64,000 bases of DNA from Candidatus Altimarinota bacterium (GTDB lineage Bacteria; Patescibacteriota; Gracilibacteria; UBA1369; GCA-2718715). Under the pieces are notes generated by a model, which saw only the letters and a list, made by a program, of their open reading frames with translations, searched no databases and was not told the DNA's origin. Numbering within the stretch: position 1 is the first letter of the stretch; every line of letters starts with the position of its first letter. Shown here piece by piece: positions 20,956 through 30,829 of the stretch. Where the stretch lies: contig JBESAV010000001.1 of the NCBI GenBank assembly GCA_041242255.1, positions 544,001 to 608,000 on the forward strand. Direction: 5' to 3'. A program made the translations under genes and the position numbers.

Positions 20956-20979
20956 TTTAAATAAATTTAAAAATAAATA

Positions 20980-21429
20980 ATGAACAATTACAAAAAATTC
21001 GCTCTCATGATACTAAGCTCAAGCATTTTTATGTTTCTTGTAATGTATCTAAATATCTTCCAGTTATCTCATTTCTCGATAGGTCTAACACGAATCTACA
21101 TGACTCTCTTAATGGTAGCTCCTATGGTTTTAATCATGTTATTTTTCATGAAAGATATGTACAACAACAGCAAGTTTAATATAGCCATTATTTCAGGATC
21201 TATCGCCATCTTTATCATTAGCTTAATAGGTTTAAGGTCTCAGGTTTTAATAGGCGACATTCAGTGGATGAAAGCTATGATACCTCACCATTCTTCTGCC
21301 ATTCTAACAAGTTCTTACGCTAACCTAAAAGATCCAGAAGTCCAAGAATTAGCTCAAGAAATAATCCAAGCCCAAGAAAGAGAAATAGCAGAAATGAAAT
21401 CAATGATCGAACGACTTGAAGCAAAATAA
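20980..21429 (+). CDS. DUF305 (CopM-like) metal-binding membrane protein
   Basis: MKAMIPHHSSAI...IIQAQEREIAEM. Confidence 0.85.
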   Translation: MNNYKKFALMILSSSIFMFLVMYLNIFQLSHFSIGLTRIYMTLLMVAPMVLIMLFFMKDMYNNSKFNIAIISGSIAIFIISLIGLRSQVLIGDIQWMKAMIPHHSSAILTSSYANLKDPEVQELAQEIIQAQEREIAEMKSMIERLEAK

Positions 21430-21437
21430 ATATTGAA

Positions 21438-21464
21438 AAACCCTTTAATAGAAATTAAAGGGTT
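21438..21464. terminator. hairpin between convergent genes
   Basis: aaccctttaat...attaaagggtt inverted repeat. Confidence 0.65.
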
Positions 21465-21481
21465 GGTGTCTTCATCGACGA

Positions 21482-21814
21482 TCAATTAGAGAGATAAATT
21501 ATAAATTCTTGTTTAAGGAGCTCCAGCCTAGTACAAAGTATATTATGTTGACTAGATAAATCTCCATATGCAAGAATTGACTTAATGAAGGACAAATAAT
21601 CCAATAAATAATCATATGCATGGGCATATTTATTTGAAATTTCTTCATCATCTTTCATTAGTTCTGTTAACTCAATGATGAAGTCATTTCCAAGGTACTT
21701 GCTTGCTTCCTCGACAGTTAGTGCAGTAACCTTGAGATCCAAGTCACTTGTAAGTTTTTCCATTATGCTTCTGCCTTCACGAATTATAACTTCAAGATTC
21801 CTTTCCTCAGTCAC
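21482..21814 (-). CDS. hypothetical protein
   Basis: 110 aa; GTG start with GAGG Shine-Dalgarno; own consensus promoter. Confidence 0.6.
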   Translation of the reverse strand: MTEERNLEVIIREGRSIMEKLTSDLDLKVTALTVEEASKYLGNDFIIELTELMKDDEEISNKYAHAYDYLLDYLSFIKSILAYGDLSSQHNILCTRLELLKQEFIIYLSN

Positions 21815-21905
21815 TTTAAACCTCTCTTGTTGATGTAAATGAACTTAACAGTTGTAGTTTAAGCACGGCTCACCGACTTAATCTAATCAATCTGTTAACA
21901 TTTCG

Positions 21906-21933
21906 ATTATACAAGCCTGTGTAAGTTTGTCAA
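21906..21933 (-). promoter_or_regulatory. consensus promoter TTGACA-16-TATAAT
   Basis: Reverse complement reads ttgaca aacttacacaggcttg tataat. Confidence 0.75.
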
Positions 21934-21959
21934 GTAATGTGTTTATCTAAATAACTTAC

Positions 21960-22265
21960 ATGAGTTTTATCAAAGAATTAAGATTAGCACCTGAGAAAGG
22001 CTAAATGGATTGGTTAAATATAGAAAAGAACATATATTGATGAGTAAGAAGTAATTCTTGGGAGCAAGTCGAATCTTTAATTGTTAGTCCAGAAGCTGAC
22101 CTTTCAGCTAGTATCTATGTAGATGAACAAGAATTTATACAAAGCTATATTTCAGAGGATGTATTTGAAGACTCAGTTGTTAATTACGGTGACTGCACTA
22201 GGTCACAATTAAATGCCCTAGGAAGTAGGTTAGAATCAATCGTCAACAGCACTTTAGACAAATAG
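21960..22265 (+). pseudogene. probable pseudogene (102 codons, 3 internal stops)
   Basis: One frame reads MSFIKELRLAPEKG*MDWLNIEKNIY**VRSNSWEQVESLIV...STLDK*. Confidence 0.4.
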
Positions 22266-22312
22266 ATCTTTTGCTAGATGAGATTCAATACTAAGTAAAC
22301 CTAGTGTAGTAT

Positions 22313-23566
22313 GTGTTTACTTTATTTCAAAATACGTATTCTCACCCAACAACTATGACCAAAGCAAACCTATTCTCTCTAACAATCACATTAATTCTTT
22401 TCAGCATATCAGGCTGCACTTTTCAAGACCAAACCTCCAACACAAATGAAATCAACAAAAATCAGCCAGAGCTAACCAGCGAAATCACAACTCAAGAAAT
22501 AGATAGCATAAGCGCTGAGAAACCTGAAGAAACAGTAGAAGATTCAGATCAAAATCAAGAGCCAGAAGAGCCAGAATTTATTCTTCCTGACGTAGACTAC
22601 ACATCCCTACCAACCAAAGATGTGACTGTTGATTCTGTAAAGTTTTTCCAAGAACCAATAGAATTAGAAAGTATCGATGGATTAGAAAATACTGAGTTTG
22701 GTTATGTGACTGAGGGCAAATATAAAGATTATATTTTTGGTAATTCAAGAGAGTACTATCAGTTCAGTGATGCTCTGACTATGTTCTACTTGAGACCTCC
22801 AGATCAAAAGACTTTATATTACATTTCTGAATACCCTAGGTTTCAAGAAGAAAATCAAAGTATTTCAGATTTTAGTATTCCAAGTCTTGAGTTCCAAGAA
22901 GAAAGCATTACTGCCAAAGGTAACCAAATAACAACAGATGGTAGATTGTATTATGACAAGTATATAATAGATGAAATTCAAGATTATGAGACTGTAAGTG
23001 CAGAAGACACAGGTTACACCCTATACAAAGATGGTTGGGCCTTTTACAGAATCATTCAAGATGACTTTTATATTCTTTACCAATACATCCCTCAAGATGA
23101 AGAGCTAAAAAGCCTAATCGAATCTATGTCTAGCTTCGAAAACAAAAACCATTGGAGATACTTTTTAATGCAAAGGTATGACGATGGATATATCACAACA
23201 GTTAACACCGGATACATGGGACTATTTGATGACCAAGGTCTAATTCAAGGCAAAGAGAGTACTCTCAATTTCGATAACCTAGAGCTAATCCATGATGGTC
23301 CAGAACTAAATTTATACACAGTAAAAGAATTCCTAGATAATGAGGATTATGAGTCTCAACTTTTGCAAGAATTGTGGACAACATATCAAGATGATTTAGC
23401 ATCTATTTCAGCAAGTATAGCAAATGGAGAACAAAACATAAGAAATATTCCAAATGTACCAAAAGATGAATTCCTAACCATTAACCCTATGTTAATCCAA
23501 ACAGACAATATGGGTGAATTCTCAGTATACATACGCTCCGACATAGTTCAGCCATTTGAGGCTTAA
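22313..23566 (+). CDS. acidic putative lipoprotein
   Basis: Lipobox ISGC after a hydrophobic stretch; the real start may be the internal MTKAN. Confidence 0.7.
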   Translation: MFTLFQNTYSHPTTMTKANLFSLTITLILFSISGCTFQDQTSNTNEINKNQPELTSEITTQEIDSISAEKPEETVEDSDQNQEPEEPEFILPDVDYTSLPTKDVTVDSVKFFQEPIELESIDGLENTEFGYVTEGKYKDYIFGNSREYYQFSDALTMFYLRPPDQKTLYYISEYPRFQEENQSISDFSIPSLEFQEESITAKGNQITTDGRLYYDKYIIDEIQDYETVSAEDTGYTLYKDGWAFYRIIQDDFYILYQYIPQDEELKSLIESMSSFENKNHWRYFLMQRYDDGYITTVNTGYMGLFDDQGLIQGKESTLNFDNLELIHDGPELNLYTVKEFLDNEDYESQLLQELWTTYQDDLASISASIANGEQNIRNIPNVPKDEFLTINPMLIQTDNMGEFSVYIRSDIVQPFEA

Positions 23567-23609
23567 AATCAACGAATATACGACAAACGATACTTATTAA
23601 TCTAATTAG

Positions 23610-24287
23610 ATGAATATAATCAAACGATATTTGTACATAGCCATAGGCTTATGTACATATTCCTTGCTAGCAATACTAATTCCCAACTTTTTAGGTATAG
23701 AAACTAGTTCTCATGGAATAACTTTTGATGATTTTGATTTTTCCACTTTCTTATTAGTTTTTTTGGTTTTTATAATTTTGATATACAAAGCAATCTACAC
23801 TAAGTCAGAATACAAATACATTATTCTAATAACTTTTATGTATGCATTTTTGTTTGTTTCATATAGCACTCCTCGATTTCAAGTTATTGAATTATCCGAT
23901 CAACATAAAGATCGTAAGGTAAACGTGAATGGATCAGAGTCAGGTGCAATGAGTTATAGTTTCACTAATTTATATCCTGCAAATGATCAATATATAGTTA
24001 CTCATGAACCACCATTTACATTAATACATTCAAAAGTCGATCAACCATATAATCATGATTTAGAAGCTCAACCACACTGGTTAAATTCAAGGGTCTCAGG
24101 CTTTCCCTTTTTATGGTTCTTAGACCCGATTGGAGCTAGCGTACGTGCATCTATAAATTACCTACATTTCTTATTAAACATGATTGTTTATTTCATAGTC
24201 TTTTTAATTCCAAATCTTTTAACCAAGCTAATATTCCAAAAATTTACACCTTTAGTTTTTGGAGACCAAGATATAGAACATTCTTGA
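23610..24287 (+). CDS. hypothetical multi-pass membrane protein
   Basis: About 4 hydrophobic helices; GFPF motif. Confidence 0.65.
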   Translation: MNIIKRYLYIAIGLCTYSLLAILIPNFLGIETSSHGITFDDFDFSTFLLVFLVFIILIYKAIYTKSEYKYIILITFMYAFLFVSYSTPRFQVIELSDQHKDRKVNVNGSESGAMSYSFTNLYPANDQYIVTHEPPFTLIHSKVDQPYNHDLEAQPHWLNSRVSGFPFLWFLDPIGASVRASINYLHFLLNMIVYFIVFLIPNLLTKLIFQKFTPLVFGDQDIEHS

Positions 24288-24687
24288 TATTTTCTAATTT
24301 TTTTAGATAAGGCAAAACTTCCTTAGGAAACAAATTTATTTCTTCGACTTGATTTAAATCTATAATCTTAATATCAGTCAAAACTTGTTGCTTTTTTTCA
24401 GGATCAAAACCAAGCTTATAATTTTCATCGAGCGTTTTACAAAGTATATAAACTTCCAAACCAAAGCTTCCTTTATATTCTGTTTCTCTAACAAATACAA
24501 TTCTCTCAGCTTTAGCTTTTACATTTATTTCCTCATCGATTTCTCTCTCTATTGCTTCAAATAAAGATTCATTTCCTTCAACACCTCCTCCCGGAAAAAC
24601 ATAATTTGTACCAAAGGTATCGCTATCATGCCTCACCAAAACAATTTTATTTTCATTGATAATTATACCTCTTACTCCAACTTTCAT
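24244..24687 (-). CDS. NUDIX hydrolase
   Basis: Nudix box PGGGVEGNESLFEAIEREIDEE. Confidence 0.9.
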   Translation of the reverse strand: MKVGVRGIIINENKIVLVRHDSDTFGTNYVFPGGGVEGNESLFEAIEREIDEEINVKAKAERIVFVRETEYKGSFGLEVYILCKTLDENYKLGFDPEKKQQVLTDIKIIDLNQVEEINLFPKEVLPYLKKLENIKNVLYLGLQKLKV

Positions 24688-24773
24688 TTTCTAATTTAAA
24701 TTACATTAATCTTCTCAACCCCCAAACAAACTCATCCATAAATTTATCTTTCTTCATATCATTTTGAAAAACA

Positions 24774-24851
24774 GAAAAGTAGTATCAATAATTTAGAAAG
24801 AGACCTTCGCAAGTATAAAAAACATTTAAATCCAAACTCGGTTCACCAAAG
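24774..24851 (+). pseudogene. remnant of a serine recombinase 3' end with degenerate att core
   Basis: Aligns by eye to 37221-37300 at about 64/80 nt, ending cggttcaccaaag versus tggtgcaccagag. Confidence 0.8.
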
Positions 24852-24975
24852 TAGACACATTTCGAACTGAATATTATGAAGAAATTATTAATTTACAAAA
24901 GCTAACTTTAGAAAAATACAAAGTAATTAAATTAAAAAGTACTATCAGAGCTAACTTGTACATTTATTATTTCAA

Positions 24976-25524
24976 ATGCTAGACTGCAGTCAAATAAAAA
25001 ATGAAAAAATGAGAGTTGGAGTAGGATTACTTTTAGACGAAGATTGTCATAATTCGATTAGAGAATTGCAAATAAACCTTTTAAGTAGAGGTCTTATTAA
25101 GAGTCCATTTATTCAGGAACCACATATAACAATCAAGTCACCTTTCGAGATTTCTACTATTCAAAATTTAGCTAACTACTTAGATGAAAAATTTGATAAT
25201 ACAAAAGAGATCATTGTAAAAACAAGTTCTTTAGATTTATTTGATAAAAATATTTTATATCAAGCGGTATCAAAAAACAAAATTCTACTAGATTTACATT
25301 ATGATCTGATCAAGTTTTGTAATGATAAAGGTGAATATGAAGGAGAAAATAAAGTTTTTCACATAACGATAGGGAGATCATTATCGAAGCAAATATTAGA
25401 GGAACAGATTAAATTTAAAAAAAATACCTGCAGTTTAATAGGGGTCGGTATTTTTTTATATAACGAAGAAACTAAATCTTGGATTGTAGTTTACAAAAAA
25501 AAGTTTATTGATTCTGACAATTAA
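24976..25524 (+). CDS. 2H phosphoesterase (2'-5' RNA ligase/LigT-like)
   Basis: Two HxT motifs (PHITIK, FHITIG). Confidence 0.85.
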   Translation: MLDCSQIKNEKMRVGVGLLLDEDCHNSIRELQINLLSRGLIKSPFIQEPHITIKSPFEISTIQNLANYLDEKFDNTKEIIVKTSSLDLFDKNILYQAVSKNKILLDLHYDLIKFCNDKGEYEGENKVFHITIGRSLSKQILEEQIKFKKNTCSLIGVGIFLYNEETKSWIVVYKKKFIDSDN

Positions 25525-25569
25525 CAATAATATCATCATAGAGATTTAAATATATTTTTAAGAAAAAAG

Positions 25570-27348
25570 ATGAAGTTACAAGAAATTTTACAAGTTGAAG
25601 AGAGTTTAAGCATACCTGAACAAGTTAATCGTGGAGATTTAGAATCAATTCAATCAAAAATACATGAAAGGGTAAGGCTTGTTACGGCAGCACTACCGTA
25701 TATAAACAACGTACCTCATTTAGGGCATATGGCAGGGAGTCATATTCCAGCTGATATTTTTGCCAGGTTTTCAAGAATGAAAGGCTATAATACTAAATTT
25801 ATAGGTGGTTCAGATGAGCATGGAACACCATCTGAGTTGGCTGCTGATTCATTAGGTCTTAATCCTGAAATCTTTTGTGACAAACTCCATGAGGTACATA
25901 AACAAGTTTATGATTGGTTTGATATATCTTATGATTACTATGGTAGAACATCAGAGTATAGGCATAGTCAAATAGTTGAATCATTTTTTTTAGGTTTACT
26001 AGATAATGATTTTATAGCAGAGAGAGAAGAACATATGTTTTTTGATATAGAAAAAGATAGATTTTTACCTGGAAGATACGTTTTAGGTACATGTTCCAAT
26101 TGTGCCAGCACAAATATGCCATATGATCAATGTGATAACTGTGGGGTTCTTTTTAATACTGATAACTTCCTCGATCCAGTTTCAACCTTATCTAACAGTA
26201 CTCCTGAGATTAGAAGCACTAAGCATTTATTTATTGATTTACCACTTCTACAGCCAGTAATTGAAGATTGGTTTAAGAGTAAAAAAGACTGGAATACTCT
26301 AACAAGAGGAATTACAAGCTCCTGGCTTAATCAAGGTCTTGAGCAAAGAAGCATAACAAGGGACTTGAACAGAGGGGTTCATGTCAATTATCCAGGTTAT
26401 GAAGATAAAGTTTTTTATGTATGGTTTGAGGCTCCAATTGCATATGTTTCTTTTTCAGATTCAGTTGGTGAAATTCAAGAATTTTGGGAGTCCAATCAAA
26501 GTGAAGTTTTTCACTTTTTAGGCAAAGATAATATACCTTTTCATACTATAATATGGCCTTCTATTATAGAGGGTTCTAATATTGGAATAAATAAGCCTGA
26601 AAAAGTTATTGGTTATTCTTATCTGAATTATGAAGGAGAAAAATTCTCGAAGAGCAGAAATGTAGGAGTCTTTTGTGATAAGCTCTTAGAATCCGACTTC
26701 CCAGTTGATGTATTAAGAGCATATATAACGCTTATTTTACCTGAATCTTCAGACGCAAATTTTAACTGGGAAGATTTAGTTTCCAAAATTAACAATGAGG
26801 TAATAGCAAACTTTGGTAATTATATTAATAGAGTCTTATCCTTTTTATTTAAGAAAAAAGGGGGGCAGTTAGATTCAATCCAAGCAGAGGATTTTGATGA
26901 CTTAGATAGGAATTTTATACAAGATATTTTCAACCTATTTTTAGAAATTGATGCAGATTTAGAAGACTGTAATTTTAAAAAAGCATTTAAAGGTGTTTTA
27001 AGCTTATCCTCATTAGGAAATAAGTTTTTCCAAGATTCCAAACCTTGGAAATTTATTTCTGAAAATCCTGATTACGTAAATAGAAAATTATTTTTATGCG
27101 TTTATTTAATAAAGGTACTAGGAATTGTTTCATCCCCTTTTATACCAGAAACATCTAACACAATCATGAAAATGTTAGGGAAAGCAAATAGTAATTGGAT
27201 GGACGCCTTAGATTACAGTGATATCAGTGGTATAAAGATAGACAAAAACCCAGAGTTGCTCTTTAAAAGATTAGAAGATGATTTTATAGAGAGTATGAAA
27301 GATTCAACTGAAGGTCATACAAACCTAGCTAGCTATTTCTATGAATGA
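25570..27348 (+). CDS. metG: methionyl-tRNA synthetase (archaeal/eukaryote-like type), island-borne
   Basis: ALPYINNVPHLGH, GSDEHGTP, Zn knuckle CxxC..CxxC, YVWFEAP, GKDNIPFH, KFSKS. Confidence 0.9.
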   Translation: MKLQEILQVEESLSIPEQVNRGDLESIQSKIHERVRLVTAALPYINNVPHLGHMAGSHIPADIFARFSRMKGYNTKFIGGSDEHGTPSELAADSLGLNPEIFCDKLHEVHKQVYDWFDISYDYYGRTSEYRHSQIVESFFLGLLDNDFIAEREEHMFFDIEKDRFLPGRYVLGTCSNCASTNMPYDQCDNCGVLFNTDNFLDPVSTLSNSTPEIRSTKHLFIDLPLLQPVIEDWFKSKKDWNTLTRGITSSWLNQGLEQRSITRDLNRGVHVNYPGYEDKVFYVWFEAPIAYVSFSDSVGEIQEFWESNQSEVFHFLGKDNIPFHTIIWPSIIEGSNIGINKPEKVIGYSYLNYEGEKFSKSRNVGVFCDKLLESDFPVDVLRAYITLILPESSDANFNWEDLVSKINNEVIANFGNYINRVLSFLFKKKGGQLDSIQAEDFDDLDRNFIQDIFNLFLEIDADLEDCNFKKAFKGVLSLSSLGNKFFQDSKPWKFISENPDYVNRKLFLCVYLIKVLGIVSSPFIPETSNTIMKMLGKANSNWMDALDYSDISGIKIDKNPELLFKRLEDDFIESMKDSTEGHTNLASYFYE

Positions 27349-28795
27349 TGTTTTAAGTAATAATTATAGAAAATGGCTTCACGAAGTTTTAGACTTATCT
27401 ATAGATTTCAAATTAGATAGTAGAGTTAACAAAAAAATAATATCCAATAGTGACATTAAAAAACTTTTAGCAAGAAAGTTACCATTTGAAGGAATAGATC
27501 TTGATGATATTTTAGATAGTTTTAAAACAGAAGTTATGCCATTTTGCACCAACTTTTCATCTAAAAACTTTATGGGATTCCCAGATTCAGGAAACTCTGT
27601 TGCAGCATTGGGAGCTTCAATTATAAAAGATTTTTTTCAACAAAATATAATAAATCAATCTTTTTGTTCACCCTCGGGAACATTTATAGAGATAAATGTT
27701 ATAAACTGGTTAAGAGATTTAATTGGTTATGAAACGAAAGATAACATATCAAGTATTATGGATGTGGGAGGTATTATCACAAACGGTGGAACTATGAGTA
27801 ATGCTATAGGTATTATGTTAGCACGTGAAAATAAGTCTCCCAATACACTTGCTAACGGCGTAAAGGCACCATCAAGATATAAGATAATTGTTCCAAAAGG
27901 TATTGGTCACTACAGTGTCAAATCCGCTCAGATGTGGCTTGGATGTGGTAACAATTTAATTGAAGTTCCAACTATCAATTTCAAATATGACTTAGAAAAA
28001 CTCAAAGAGGCACTTAATAATAATAAGGGTAATGTAATGGGGTTAGTAGCTTATGCTGGAGATAGTAGAACAATGACATGCGATGATTTTGATGAAATTT
28101 ACAACCTTGTGAAATCTATTGATGAAAATATATGGTTGCATGCTGATGCATGTCATGGGTTTTCCTTAAGTTTTAGCGAGCAGTTAAAAGAGAAAATTAA
28201 AGGTATCAATAAATTTGATAGTATAACAATTGATCCTCATAAGGTTATGTTAACTCCATATGTAATTAGTGCCATTTTAGTTAAAGATCCTGCTAAACTT
28301 AAAAGTGTTTCCTCTATATCTGACTTAATAATGAAGGAGCAATTCGCATTTGGTCAAATAACTCCATTCATAGGAAGTAAGTCTTGGGAGTCATTAAAGT
28401 TATGGTTTATGATGTTAAATTATGGAAAAGAAGGTTTACAAAATATGGTAAATGAAAGACACAATAGGGCAAAGTACTTACATGAAAAAATTAAAGAAAA
28501 TGAGAATTATATAACTCTTAATGAAGTAGACATTAATTCAGTAATGTTTATGGTTAAACCAAGTAAATGGGATGGTGATATTATTAAACTAAATAATTTT
28601 AATAGAAAAATTTACGACAAAATAATAGAAGATGGTTTATATTATTTACATACATTTCCAATTGAAGATTCAGGCGTTATATCTAAAGGAGAAACTCTAA
28701 AACCTCTAAGATATATGTCTGGAAATCCAAATTTAAAAGAAAAAGATATAGATGATATGATTAATTACATTGAAAAAATAAGTAAAAGTTTATAA
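27341..28795 (+). CDS. group II PLP-dependent amino-acid decarboxylase
   Basis: GGTMSN, GHYSV, WLHADACHG, SITIDPHK (PLP lysine), LKLW. Confidence 0.9.
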   Translation: MNDVLSNNYRKWLHEVLDLSIDFKLDSRVNKKIISNSDIKKLLARKLPFEGIDLDDILDSFKTEVMPFCTNFSSKNFMGFPDSGNSVAALGASIIKDFFQQNIINQSFCSPSGTFIEINVINWLRDLIGYETKDNISSIMDVGGIITNGGTMSNAIGIMLARENKSPNTLANGVKAPSRYKIIVPKGIGHYSVKSAQMWLGCGNNLIEVPTINFKYDLEKLKEALNNNKGNVMGLVAYAGDSRTMTCDDFDEIYNLVKSIDENIWLHADACHGFSLSFSEQLKEKIKGINKFDSITIDPHKVMLTPYVISAILVKDPAKLKSVSSISDLIMKEQFAFGQITPFIGSKSWESLKLWFMMLNYGKEGLQNMVNERHNRAKYLHEKIKENENYITLNEVDINSVMFMVKPSKWDGDIIKLNNFNRKIYDKIIEDGLYYLHTFPIEDSGVISKGETLKPLRYMSGNPNLKEKDIDDMINYIEKISKSL

Positions 28796-29508
28796 TGTTA
28801 GAATCTATAATAGATACGTTAGAAACGCAGCCCTTCCCTACTATTATATATGGCTCTTTTGCAACAGATAACAATACACAAAAATCAGATTTAGATTTAT
28901 TCTTTATAGATGATACAACAGACTCAGACGAAAACTTTGAATCTTTACTTTGCCTAGTTTTAGATATTCATTCTCGTCATGGCCTAAAAATAGACAATGA
29001 GGTACCTTATAAAAATAAACTAATAGTAAATAGTTTAGATTTAAGAAAATCTTTAAGGAGCGAAGGATTTAACATTTCTAATGATGATTTATACATCCCA
29101 GAAATAGAAAAAAGTCATACTTTTTTAAATTCTTATAAAGTAAGATTAAGATTAATATTTAATGCTTTTACAACTCCACACATTATATTAAATTGTTTGG
29201 ACGAGAGCTTATCTGAAATGAGAAGTAGTTTTGAAATTAAATTAGTCTTAATTCTATTAGCGCTACACTCATCACAAGAAAAAATTACTTTTTCTTCTCT
29301 ATTGCATAAAGCTTTATATTCGGAAGCAGGAGCATCTGAAGACATGTATTTAGGCTATAAAATCAATGAAACTGTAATTAATAATCTAAAGATGATAATT
29401 TCAAGCACATTAAAAAAACTTGAAAATACTGGGATTGTTTGTTTGACGAAAAATCAAATAGTACTTACAGTTGATAAGGAAGAATTACTCTCTATTATAA
29501 AAAGTTAA
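28795..29508 (+). CDS. Pol-beta-like nucleotidyltransferase domain protein
   Basis: IIYGSFA...SDLDLFFI motif; TAATG coupling to the upstream gene. Confidence 0.8.
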   Translation: MLESIIDTLETQPFPTIIYGSFATDNNTQKSDLDLFFIDDTTDSDENFESLLCLVLDIHSRHGLKIDNEVPYKNKLIVNSLDLRKSLRSEGFNISNDDLYIPEIEKSHTFLNSYKVRLRLIFNAFTTPHIILNCLDESLSEMRSSFEIKLVLILLALHSSQEKITFSSLLHKALYSEAGASEDMYLGYKINETVINNLKMIISSTLKKLENTGIVCLTKNQIVLTVDKEELLSIIKS

Positions 29509-29512
29509 TATT

Positions 29513-30412
29513 ATGGAAAGACCTTTTGATTATTCTATATCTAGTGAAGGAATAGTAAAATCATTCGATTTTGATTATGATTTAATCCAAAGTAGGGGTG
29601 ATCAAATTGGGGTTAGTAAATTGATAAGTAATCCAGTATTTGTAGTGGGATCACCAAGGTCAGGCACAACGGTTTTAGGAAATGTATTATCTTTACATGA
29701 CAGGATAGGTACTGGGGAAGAATCTTTATTTTTACTTCATCTTTTTAGAATTTTTTCAGATCTTCACAAAGGAGATAATAGAAGAAAAACCAGAAATCTA
29801 TCTGAATATATCGAAGAAGATGATTTATTATTAAATATGCAAGAATTTTCAGATAGGATAATGGGTAGTTTACTCCAAAGAAAAAACAAAGATATTTATC
29901 TTGATCATACTCCTTGGTATGGATCAATTTCTGGATTTATAAAATTATTGTATTCTGATTCAAAATTTATACATATAATTAGAGACGGACGTCAAGTGGT
30001 ACGCTCTTTAGGAGAATCATACAACAAAGGTTTTTCGTGGGCTGGTAAAAGTTTTGAGCATAGAGTAAAGATTTGGGTTTCTCAAGTTCAAAATTGTTCC
30101 AAAATGCAGCAACATTTTGAAAGTGATTATTTAGAAGTTTATTATAATACACTTCATGATACTCCTCTTAGTTTATTCAACAGTATATTTTGTTTTTTAG
30201 GTTTAGAAAATAATGATGAAATATTAGATGGGCTATCCGTTAGCTATGCCACTCCAGTTTCAGGAATTACTAAAGAAGAGATGAGTGTTGGTTATGACAA
30301 TAATGGATGGCCTCAGAATTGGACTAGTGAAGAAATAGATACATTTTATTGCTTAGCCTCTGATTTAATGGAAGAAAAGTTTGGTGACAAATGGGATACC
30401 ATCTATATATAA
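29513..30412 (+). CDS. PAPS-dependent sulfotransferase
   Basis: 5'-PSB motif VVGSPRSGTT and 3'-PB motif IIRDGRQVVRS. Confidence 0.9.
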   Translation: MERPFDYSISSEGIVKSFDFDYDLIQSRGDQIGVSKLISNPVFVVGSPRSGTTVLGNVLSLHDRIGTGEESLFLLHLFRIFSDLHKGDNRRKTRNLSEYIEEDDLLLNMQEFSDRIMGSLLQRKNKDIYLDHTPWYGSISGFIKLLYSDSKFIHIIRDGRQVVRSLGESYNKGFSWAGKSFEHRVKIWVSQVQNCSKMQQHFESDYLEVYYNTLHDTPLSLFNSIFCFLGLENNDEILDGLSVSYATPVSGITKEEMSVGYDNNGWPQNWTSEEIDTFYCLASDLMEEKFGDKWDTIYI

Positions 30413-30530
30413 GTTTCAAAAAACTTTTAACTAGTTATTATTTCTATTTAATAACACACAAGTATTCACTATATTGTTATTAAATCATACTCTAACTTTA
30501 TATTTTTATAATCTGTATTTAAACTTTTAA

Positions 30531-30762
30531 ATAGAATTACACAGTGTTTATGACGAAAAAGTTTTGTACATAGCCAAAAAACCGTTCTGCTACATCATCA
30601 AATGTAACAACATGTCGGACTGGTGCTCAGAAACTCATCTCTCTTGAACCAATGATAAAGCACTTAATCACCACAGATATGACAGAGTTTATGTCTGTAG
30701 ATACTAGCAAATGCTATGCATTAATAGAGGACCACCAAAAAGAATTAGAGGTAATATTTTAG
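30531..30762 (+). other. att junction: recombinase 3' remnant joined to displaced tail of the intact recombinase
   Basis: Left half reads IELHSVYDEKVLYIAKKPFCYIIKCNNMSDW. Core TGGTGC is at 30621-30626. Right half is open for 46 codons (GAQKLISLEP...EVIF*) in the same register as recombinase codons GA. Confidence 0.65.
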
Positions 30763-30829
30763 ATAGCATAGAGGAATAGTCATTATTATCTTCTAAGTAG
30801 GCATTAATAAGCAGGGGTATTCTTAAACC

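Larger units (their letters stand above)
24839..30626. mobile_element. older integrated cassette (element B) without an intact recombinase, carrying a five-gene operon
   Basis: Bounded by att-like cores at 24839 and 30621; very AT-rich; recombinase-like remnant KKPF...W at the right end and in-frame tail TKVDTFRTEYYEEII at the left end. Confidence 0.65.
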
